Below, piece by piece: positions 10,903 to 20,300 of a DNA stretch of 41,626 nucleotides (the first letter of the stretch is position 1; each line of letters starts with the position of its first letter). Position numbers and translations under genes: made by a program. The stretch spans positions 1 through 41,626 of the forward strand of contig LT649301.1 in the NCBI GenBank assembly GCA_900128395.1, in the 5' to 3' direction. The notes below the pieces were generated by a model. The model saw nothing but the letters and a program-made list of their open reading frames with translations. It was not told where the DNA came from and searched no databases. This DNA comes from Stramenopiles sp. TOSAG23-2. Lineage: Eukaryota.

Positions 10903-11431
10903 AGTAATTTGTTACATACTGGCTGTAGTATATTCTTTTGTTGTTTGTATTTTATTTCTATATAATATTTTTTGAATTTTGTAATTTCATGCAACTGTGA
11001 AGCTATTACATATATATTATTGCACTAGCTATTAAAAAATTAGCACATTACAACAACAACAATGTGCAAAAAAAAACAAGGAAGTATTGCACTATATTAG
11101 CTGGTGAGGTGCGGGTAAAGAAAAGTCTAGGACCTAGATTAAGGTGCGGGCTAGCCTGGCTAGACATTTTAATGCTGTGTCCATAATATGTACGTATACT
11201 GCCCACTACTTTTCTTCTTTTCTTTTCTTTTGTTGTTCAGTTTAAAAGTTGTTTTGTTGATGATGAGGAGTGCGCGGCTGGTTTTTGAGGATGTGGTATT
11301 CGTCTGTTCGTAGAAGCAATAAATACACAAATAGAAATGAGTGATCCCTCAATCAAAACTCTACAAATTGGAACACTTTCTTTCATATATACCTAATAGA
11401 GATTGTAAATCCTCTCATTAATAATAACATT

Positions 11432-11788
11432 ATGAACAATCGTGACAATGAACAAGATCAGACGCTCCCTAAAAGACGAGGTCAATTTTTGATTTTCTTT
11501 GGAGTTTTAATTGGTGTTTTTTACATGTTAACATGCCCAGATTCTGAAGTATTTAATAATGTCTTACTTTTATGTTCTCCTTCTTTCTTCCTCTTGTATA
11601 ATATTCATGTGCAACATACAGAGTACGATGCATGGTGGACAAACTGGGCATTACATAAGTTTCTATCTTTAGTTTTTGTATTTATTTTTGGTTTTCGTTT
11701 AATATATGGTGGTTCACAAAGACATGATTTGCTTGGGCTTGGGATATATTTATATGTATATCATGCTACGGGTGATGTGGAACTATAA
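11432..11788 (+). CDS. Small multi-pass membrane protein (118 aa, 3-4 hydrophobic segments), unknown function
   Basis: ATG-TAA ORF with alternating hydrophobic segments; fits the divergent/convergent gene pattern. No family recognised. Confidence 0.55.
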   Translation: MNNRDNEQDQTLPKRRGQFLIFFGVLIGVFYMLTCPDSEVFNNVLLLCSPSFFLLYNIHVQHTEYDAWWTNWALHKFLSLVFVFIFGFRLIYGGSQRHDLLGLGIYLYVYHATGDVEL

Positions 11789-11946
11789 AAAAAAGTTAAA
11801 AAGTATATTATATATTATACGTTCGTATGTCCTTTGTTGGCATACACGTCGTACAAATATAATAAAAAATATTTATAAAAAAAATGTAAAATAAAGATTA
11901 AATCTATGCGTATGTAGATCAATTTTTTCCCCCTTATATCTCTGCT

Positions 11947-14900
11947 CTACAAGTCTGCATACCGACCACTAACGCTACTCCCTTCATGTTCCATCTTTTC
12001 AACTGCAACTTCATCAATATCAATTTTTTTCGCTTCTACTTTTGCTTTTAAATCTTTGTACTTTTTTTTCCAAAATTTATATTTATCTATCATTCTAGAT
12101 GTCCTAGATCGCTCCTTCGCTAATAAATTTGTATATTTTTGTATAGCAACTCCTGTGTGTTTTAACAACGTTTGATCCATATGACTTGCAACGGTTATAT
12201 CACGATGAATTTGTATTTGACCAGACGGATCTTTTTCATTATTCAGATTTTGCCTAGCTTCAAATCCCTGTAACAAACGATTTTTTCGTACTTCACATTT
12301 ACAATCAATATGAATCTTGTAATTTTCAATATTACGGAAAGATTCGCCACAAAATTTACATACCATGCCAGACCTTATACGAAATTTTACTTTAGTCAGA
12401 TCAGCCCATTCAGATACGCCATGATAATATAAAACATGATGTATACCGCGTACATACCGTAAAACATATGCAGTATTCCATGCTTTATGAGATTGTGAAT
12501 ATATCTCTACATGTTTACCGACTAGATAATTTTCTTCATCGTCAAAAAGATCTTCGACATCGGCAAATTCGTAATCTGAATCTGTTTCATTGGGTATGGT
12601 ACCATCTTGAAATATACCAGTCTCAATAGCTGGTTGTTTCATTGCATTTGCTTCTTCTTCTATTTCAAATAATGGTATTTGGTTCTTTATTTTATAATAT
12701 GTTTGCTTATTATCGTTTTTATTAGTATTATTATTTGTATCATCAATTTCCATTGGCATCATCATTTTAACATTATTATTATTAGTATTATTATTATTGG
12801 AAACGAAGTTTTGGTTGTTAATATTACTACTGGTAGTTGTGGTCACTTCATCGTTCGTTAAATCAAAAACTGTACTATTTTTTTGTAGTTTTCTATTTAT
12901 GAAATTATTTGAAGTATTAACACTATCGCTTTTATGTCCTATTGTTTCAAGTGAACTAGTCATATTTTCATATTCTGCTTCGGGTAACTGGAATACAGTA
13001 TGCCTTTTCTTATTCAAAGTTCGTTGATGATATAAGTTAATTTCTCTTAACAATTTTTTCTTTCGACTTTCGAGATCCATTGATTTATTTGTATTAACAT
13101 TATTACCAGCTAGAATTTGTTTCTCTTGGATTGTGTTATTCTTGTTGTTGTTATTATTATCATTATTATCACTATTATTGTTATTATTATTATTACTACT
13201 ACTACTACTACTACTGCCGATATTGGCACCAGCGGTACTATTTCCATCAATATTGGTATCAACATTATCTGACTTCCCATCTTCAAATAATGACAGTTCA
13301 TTTGATGTTTGAATAGAATTTTTCAATTGTTTCAATAGAGATGCAAAGTACAAATTTGATGGTTCATAATCCACTAAATATTTTGCTTGCTTAATTACTG
13401 TTGTTAACATGGTATTTTTGACAGATATAGGAGTAGTAAAAACTTCAGGCCATTTACCAGTATCTGTATCAATATTTTTACAATAATCTTTCCATCTTGG
13501 ATCAACTTTAAAACGGATGCGAAATTTTCTGTCGCCATGATTTGATGATAATGAAGTTATTCGTAGTCGAATTTTCATGACACCACCGAAAAATACCAAC
13601 ATGCTTGGCAACGCTCCAGCTTCTGAACGATCATCAACAATTTCCAAACCAGCATCACCTGCTTGTAAATCAACTTTCTCCATCGTATCTGCATAGACAA
13701 GCGTCGCCATTCCAGGTATCATTTCGCTTTGCCCGTTTGCATATAGTTTGTTCGAATTTACATCCATTAAATGTACTTCTAAATCAACACCATGGTATCT
13801 ACCATATATATCATTTACAAACACGTCGGATGGAAAGTCTCTTTCTATGTATAATTTCAAGCAATTCAAGCCTAATTGATTTTCCCCGTCATACCGATAT
13901 TTACGAAGCACTTTACGTTGGTATTTCAACATGTCGAGATGATCATAACTAGGACAAGAACAATTTGCATGTGGTGTGTTTAAAATCCTTCTACACAATT
14001 CTAGTTCATCTAAATAATAGATTGATTGCCTTTTCTCCTCATAGATTACATAATACATTTTCTTAATCGCTTTTTTCTCAGTAAGAACTAATTGAGTTTT
14101 CAATACACGTGCAGGACTTTGCTCTTCGCCAAACGTAATTCCAACCATGGTGGAGCCTAAAGGTTCAACTTGTAAGCGATTTGCACTTGCATAAAGATAT
14201 GCTGCTGACCAAAATTCAGTGGTACCATCCAACAATTGAATTTCAAAGATCAAACCATGGCTTTGAAATGCTTCTTTGCATGACATCAAGATGTTCTCCG
14301 GGTCTTTATTCCAATCGTATTGAAAATGTTGTCCCTTTGAATTTTTTGGCATTGGTCCATTGAAAACTAAATTCTTATCTGGGTATAGAAAAATATCTTT
14401 ATCTTTGTACATTATCTTGTCCGTTTGCCGAAAAATATTGACAATTTTTCCACGACGTAACTTGACGCTCTCCAATTTATATTTTTGCATTGCGCTTTTG
14501 ATATTGGTAAACCTATAATCTTCTTTGCATTTACCAGGCATTTCCTTGCATTTGCATGGATTATAAAGACATGGAGTATAAAAACATTCCTGCACGTAGA
14601 TACCAATATTTAACTTTCGCAATAATTCAATATAGCGGCTGTACACTAAACGCATAAATGTATTGACTGATGTTTGAACATCTAATGGTGCGTACGATTT
14701 ACAAGCATATTCCAACGGCTTTTTGTTAAATAAAAATTGTTTGAAAAAATCTTTTGAAAAAATATCTACTGGCATTGATAAATTAGCACGTATTTGTTGG
14801 ATGCCAATGTAAACAGGTTTTTTAAACGTATGGGTTAGATTCATGTCATTCGTACGGTTCTGCTCATCGTCATCCACGAAAGTCCATCCTTCTGACTTTA

Positions 14901-15726
14901 ATTCTTCTTTCAATGCATGTACCATCTGATTCCTTATATATTTGGGTGGAATAATAGGCTTACGTTGATGATATGGACATTCCGTTACTGCCCATCGACA
15001 ATAACCACCTGCTCGAATTTTCGCACAACATAATCGTAAACGACCAAATTGCAAACCTTGTAAACAATTCAATTCCTTTTCAAATTTATACCTCATGACT
15101 TGTTGCACTTGTTCTTCTTGAATCAATTTAGTAACAACTCCTAGCTTCTTTGTTGCATTATTGTTTTCAGCAGTTTCGCATTTTTCATTGGCGTTACCAT
15201 AATTCCTATCGTTGTTGTTGTTATTATCCATGAACTTATTTCGTTTATTTCCATATTGGATTGATTTTTCATCCGTTCTTGTTCTTTTCTGTGTTTTACT
15301 TATTTGGTCCTTAACAGATTCAAATTCAGAGGATAATTTATCCATTGTTTCAATCTTCAGATTCATTTCTTTTAGCTTCAATAATTTCAATTTAACCCTA
15401 TTGGCAGGATCTATTTCATCACTTAAAGCACGAGGGATAATTTGATTACCAAAATTTTCCACTTCTACCATACGTTCATCTTCTGCATCATTATATTCTT
15501 CAATATTTATTATTGACGGTTTATTATCATCAATCACCCTTGTCGTAGTTGTTGTCGTAGTAGTACTCGTGGTTGTTGCTAAATCACCTGCAGCTGTTGT
15601 AGTCATATCTACTTTATTATCATTATTATTTTCATTGTTGTTGTTGCTCTGGTTATTATTATTATTATCGTTATTACTATTATTTGATTGTACGTTTGGT
15701 TCACCAGAAGAATTATTCATATTCAT
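11947..15726 (-). CDS. 1259-aa putative nuclear regulator: Cys/His clusters, CudA/STAT-like Ig-fold DNA-binding-like domain, Tudor-like domain, C2H2/C2HC-like finger, coiled-coil tail
   Basis: Long intact ORF with Asn-rich linkers; KIRLRITSLSSNHGDRKFRIRF...VFTTPISVKN; LVGKHVEIY...W..AYVLRY...HHVLYYHGVSEWADL; CKFCGESF...YKIHIDCKC. The ORF is secure; domain calls are moderate. Confidence 0.75.
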   Translation of the reverse strand: MNMNNSSGEPNVQSNNSNNDNNNNNQSNNNNENNNDNKVDMTTTAAGDLATTTSTTTTTTTTRVIDDNKPSIINIEEYNDAEDERMVEVENFGNQIIPRALSDEIDPANRVKLKLLKLKEMNLKIETMDKLSSEFESVKDQISKTQKRTRTDEKSIQYGNKRNKFMDNNNNNDRNYGNANEKCETAENNNATKKLGVVTKLIQEEQVQQVMRYKFEKELNCLQGLQFGRLRLCCAKIRAGGYCRWAVTECPYHQRKPIIPPKYIRNQMVHALKEELKSEGWTFVDDDEQNRTNDMNLTHTFKKPVYIGIQQIRANLSMPVDIFSKDFFKQFLFNKKPLEYACKSYAPLDVQTSVNTFMRLVYSRYIELLRKLNIGIYVQECFYTPCLYNPCKCKEMPGKCKEDYRFTNIKSAMQKYKLESVKLRRGKIVNIFRQTDKIMYKDKDIFLYPDKNLVFNGPMPKNSKGQHFQYDWNKDPENILMSCKEAFQSHGLIFEIQLLDGTTEFWSAAYLYASANRLQVEPLGSTMVGITFGEEQSPARVLKTQLVLTEKKAIKKMYYVIYEEKRQSIYYLDELELCRRILNTPHANCSCPSYDHLDMLKYQRKVLRKYRYDGENQLGLNCLKLYIERDFPSDVFVNDIYGRYHGVDLEVHLMDVNSNKLYANGQSEMIPGMATLVYADTMEKVDLQAGDAGLEIVDDRSEAGALPSMLVFFGGVMKIRLRITSLSSNHGDRKFRIRFKVDPRWKDYCKNIDTDTGKWPEVFTTPISVKNTMLTTVIKQAKYLVDYEPSNLYFASLLKQLKNSIQTSNELSLFEDGKSDNVDTNIDGNSTAGANIGSSSSSSSNNNNNNNSDNNDNNNNNKNNTIQEKQILAGNNVNTNKSMDLESRKKKLLREINLYHQRTLNKKRHTVFQLPEAEYENMTSSLETIGHKSDSVNTSNNFINRKLQKNSTVFDLTNDEVTTTTSSNINNQNFVSNNNNTNNNNVKMMMPMEIDDTNNNTNKNDNKQTYYKIKNQIPLFEIEEEANAMKQPAIETGIFQDGTIPNETDSDYEFADVEDLFDDEENYLVGKHVEIYSQSHKAWNTAYVLRYVRGIHHVLYYHGVSEWADLTKVKFRIRSGMVCKFCGESFRNIENYKIHIDCKCEVRKNRLLQGFEARQNLNNEKDPSGQIQIHRDITVASHMDQTLLKHTGVAIQKYTNLLAKERSRTSRMIDKYKFWKKKYKDLKAKVEAKKIDIDEVAVEKMEHEGSSVSGRYADL

Positions 15727-15818
15727 AATATATTAATACTAGTACTAGTATACTCTTTGTACCTAAATTCAAGGGAAGGTATATAATTTACAATACTTGT
15801 ATCTATAACAAGAAAGTT

Positions 15819-15851
<33 letters not shown>

Positions 15852-16525
15852 AATTTTAGATATATACAAAACGAAAATTTTGCTTTACTTAGTTATTTTC
15901 TTATAAGTTGAGTTTGCAAATTATCTTAAGTTGCTTTTGTTCTATCTATCTATCTATCTATCTATGTAGTACATTTGTCTGAACATACATTCTGTAACAC
16001 GATATACCATGTAATCATTCAATATGTGTGGCCTGTACTGTATAATGATAGACGTGGTTGTTACTAAGTTTTTACACAGGCTTACGTATTATAATCGATG
16101 CTATTCCAATGCTACATGAAATTGTATATTTACCTCGTATAATCTCTTCACCAAATAGAGGCCGGTACACTACATAGCATAGCAACATACAACATATAAC
16201 ATAGTCGGAACACAAGAAAGGAGAGCTAATAGCAACATACGTGCATACCACCAGTACAGTAGTAGTAGACTAGCCCAGCTAGCTAGCCCGCTAGCAGCTG
16301 CTAACTATTTTTACCTATACTAATTATTCTAAAATTATTTATTTTGTCCTGCTGCAACGTGCCAACGTGCCAACCAGCATTAGCACATTATTCATGCAAC
16401 AACTATAATATTGATCGAAGAATCTTATAAAAAATACAATGATAGGCATAAGATTGGTAAAAAAGAGACACACAGATTGAAAAGATATAGATATTATAGA
16501 TTATATAAATAATATATAAAAAGAC

Positions 16526-16565
16526 GTGTGTGTGTGTGTGTGTGTGTGTGTTTGTGTTTGTGTGT
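16526..16565. repeat. (GT)n microsatellite in 5' region
   Basis: Directly visible; similar tracts at 40278-40328 (CA) and 40812-40839 (GT), also just upstream of starts. Confidence 0.9.
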
Positions 16566-16613
16566 AAATAGTAACAAAAAGAGGGAGAAGCACAGAGTTG
16601 GAAAAATAATAAT

Positions 16614-16970
16614 ATGGCAGAATCAGCAAAAGAAAATAATGATGAGAAAAAAGTAATATCAGTGATAGGTTATAAGTCCTGTGGCTATTATCACTCTGCT
16701 TGCAATGTTGCAAATCAATATGGTAAGAAAAATAATATTAGAGTAGTTTGTAAAGCATGGGATAGAGGGCAGTACAAGCAATGGCTATCACAACAGCAAA
16801 ATAGTGGTAATGTCGATAGATTTCATACTACATCTCCCGCAACATTTTTTGGTGATGTATTTAGCGAGGGAGATAAAACAGAATTTATTGGTGGTTGTGA
16901 TGAGCTTACTGATTATGTAAGAAAACAAGGTAATGGCAATAGTAGTGGTGGCGGGTGTCAAATTTTGTAA
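16614..16970 (+). CDS. Glutaredoxin-like (thioredoxin-fold) protein with C-terminal CaaX box
   Basis: VISVIGYKSCGYY (monothiol CxYY), TTSPATF (cis-Pro strand), FIGGCDEL (Grx GG motif); ends GGGCQIL*. Confidence 0.75.
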   Translation: MAESAKENNDEKKVISVIGYKSCGYYHSACNVANQYGKKNNIRVVCKAWDRGQYKQWLSQQQNSGNVDRFHTTSPATFFGDVFSEGDKTEFIGGCDELTDYVRKQGNGNSSGGGCQIL

Positions 16971-17313
16971 AATCATTATATATATTAATATATATATATA
17001 ATATGCGTGTTATGTGTAACTAAAAGAAGGTGCACAATAATATAAAATTTAGACTCTTTATATATATACGCTCGTACGAATATAACGAGTCGTAATATAT
17101 GAGTAAGAGAACATTTTATATATATATACAGTTCTTGACCGCACCTATATATATATATTTATATGATATATATATAATACGAGTACGAAGTAATATATAC
17201 ACACGTACGATCGTATAATATATATGATACTCGTAATATGTATACTTCGTATATACTTCGTATATTATATGATATATATATTATGAGACACACACTTCTT
17301 TTTTGACAAAAAA

Positions 17314-20300
17314 TTAAAATGTTGCAAAACTATTGCTACGGTAATACTCTTGAATATGCATTGGTGGTGTGTCAGCATTTGTGCTTCTCCATTGCAAAGC
17401 TTTTACCAACATGACACCACATTTTATATTAGTTATCAAACCGACACCAAAATCTACAGCTGTTCTACGGATCAAATAACCATCAGAAACAGTCTCTGTG
17501 CGGAAACCATCTGGAATATTGATTACAAGTTCAATTTTGCCATCAGACAAATATTGAATAGAGTTTGGCTTCGCTTTACTAGAAGGTTTATGAAGTGTCG
17601 TTATTTCGACACCATGTGATCTTAAATATTCAGCAGTACCCGTTGTCCCAAACAAATTGTAATTCAAACCTTGTAAAATACTAGCACATTCACGAAATGC
17701 TTCTTTAGCTTTCTGAGGGCCCAAAGATAGGAAAACATTCCTTGATTTGCTTGGCAATTTAAATTTAGTCGACAACAATGCAAGTAAATAAGCTTCATAT
17801 CGATTTGAGCCAAAGCAAGCAACCTCACCAGTCGATGACATTTCAACACCTAACGTTGGATCAGCACCTTGTAACCTTGTAAATGAAAATTGAGGTGCTT
17901 TGATGCCAACATAATCCAAATCCAAAAGATTAAATTGCAATCTTTTTGCTGGCAATCCTGCCATGACTCGTGTTGCTAAACTAATCAAGTTAACATTAAA
18001 GGTTTTTGAAGCAAAAGGGAATGTTCTTGAAGATCTTAAATTGCATTCAATTACCTTGACAAAATTATCCCTTGCCATATATTGTATGTTGAATGGTCCA
18101 GAGATATGAAGGCCTTGTGCAATTTTAGCACTAATAGCCTTAATTTGACGAATGGTTTCAACATATAAACCTTGTGCTGGTAAAATCAACGTTGCGTCGC
18201 CTGAATGTACACCGGCATTTTCAATATGTTCTGATATTGCATAATTTAAAATTTCACCATTCTTTGCAACACCATCAAATTCAACCTCTTTGGCATTTAA
18301 AATAAACTTCGACACAACAATTGGACCTTCCAAAGCAGTTGCGGATACCTGTTCCAAAAAATTTGAAAGCTCCGTCCAGGATGATGCAACGCGCATGGCA
18401 GCTCCGGATAGAACAAAACTAGGGCGCACCAAGACTGGATAACCCATTTTATCGCATGCTGCTTTCATTTTTTCTTTGCTTGATCCACTAAATTCAATCC
18501 ACTTTGGCTGATCAACACCTAAGCGATCAAGCAACGCAGAAAATTTATGCCTGTCTTCAGCCTGATCAATCATTTCTGGCGCAGTACCTAATATATTAAC
18601 GCCTTGGCGATGCAATGGCAATGCAAGGTTATTAGCAATTTGGCCACCAACAGAGACAATAACTCCTTGTGATACTTCACGTTCGTATATGTCCAACACA
18701 CGTTCACATGACAACTCTTCGAAGTACAATCGATCACTTTCATCGTAATCGGTGCTCACAGTTTCTGGGTTGTAATTAACAACAATGGCTTTGAAGCCAC
18801 TTTTACGAAGTTGGCGAACACAGCTTACAGCGCACCAATCAAACTCTACACTGCTACCGATGCAATAAGGCCCACAACCTAATACCATAATACCTTGTGC
18901 ATCGAATTCAATATCATCTTCACTACCGGAATACGTCATGTATAAGTAATTTGTCTGAGCCGGATATTCAGCTGCTAGCGTATCAATTTGTTTAACACAT
19001 GGTTTGACGTCCATCGACAAACGTTTTCTCCGAACAATAAGTTCCGACGTATTGCACCGGGAAGCAATTTGTATATCGGAGAAACCATGTTGTTTTAACG
19101 ACAAGATTTGCGGCCTGGAGAACGAATTGATATCTTTGGATGCAACTAATGCCCTTTTTAGCTCATCAACATTCATCAATTTAGATAAAAACCATCTGTC
19201 GATTTTCGTTAATTGATGCACGCGATCTACTGTGTAGCCTCTTTCCATGGCCTCTGCAACTGCAAATACACGTTCATAATCTGGATTTTTAAGTTGATTA
19301 TCCAGTTCTGCATCTGAAATTTCTCTTAAACGTGGAATTGATTCAAAACCAGCAATACTTGGTGATGTCATACGCATGGCTTTTTGGAAGGTTTCCTCGA
19401 AACTACGACCAATGGCCATAACTTCACCAACACTTTTCATACTACTTCCGACACTATTCGAAACTCTGTTGAATTTTTTTAAATCGAAACGAGGGATTTT
19501 TACAACACAATAATCTAACGATGGTTCGAAGCAAGCAGTTGTCGTTTTCGTTACACTATTGCGTAGCGTAACCAAATCGACACCAAGCGCTAATTTTGCA
19601 GCAACGTATGCCAATGGATACCCAGTCGCTTTTGATGCTAATGCACTAGAACGCGACAATCTTGCATTTACTTCAATGACACAATATCTCTCACTTTCTG
19701 GATGCAATGCATATTGTATATTACATTCACCGATTACCCCTAAATGTCTTACAACTTTAATAGCTGCTTTGCGCAATTTGAAATATTCTTGATTGGATAA
19801 TGTTTGCGATGGAGCAACAACGATGGAGTCACCAGTATGTATACCAAGCGGATCAAAATTTTCCATATTACAAACGGTAATACAATTATCACGACAGTCT
19901 CTAACCACTTCGTATTCAACTTCTTTCCATCCTCGCAAATCTTGATCTACTAAAATTTGTGGAGATGCTGCAAATGCTTTATTTGCTAAGTCGATTAATT
20001 CTTTTTCATTATCTGCAAAACCAGATCCTAAACCACCGAGTGCAAAAGCTGCACGGACTAGAACTGGATAGCCAATTTTATTGGCTGCATCTACAGCTTC
20101 TTTAACATTTGTTGCACTGTAGCTTAGTGCAGCACTTTCACCAACCGTCTGTAAACGTTTTGCAAACTCCTCTCTATCTTCAGTTGCCATAATTGCTGGA
20201 ATTGGAGTACCTAACACTTGTACATTGTATTTTTTCAAAACACCTGCTTCATGCAATTCTACACCAACATTCAATGCAGTTTGCCCACCCATAGATAAAA

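Noticed and set aside
11337..11396. 19-aa upstream ORF before the small membrane protein
   Set aside because: Too short to evaluate; no splice signals join it in frame convincingly.
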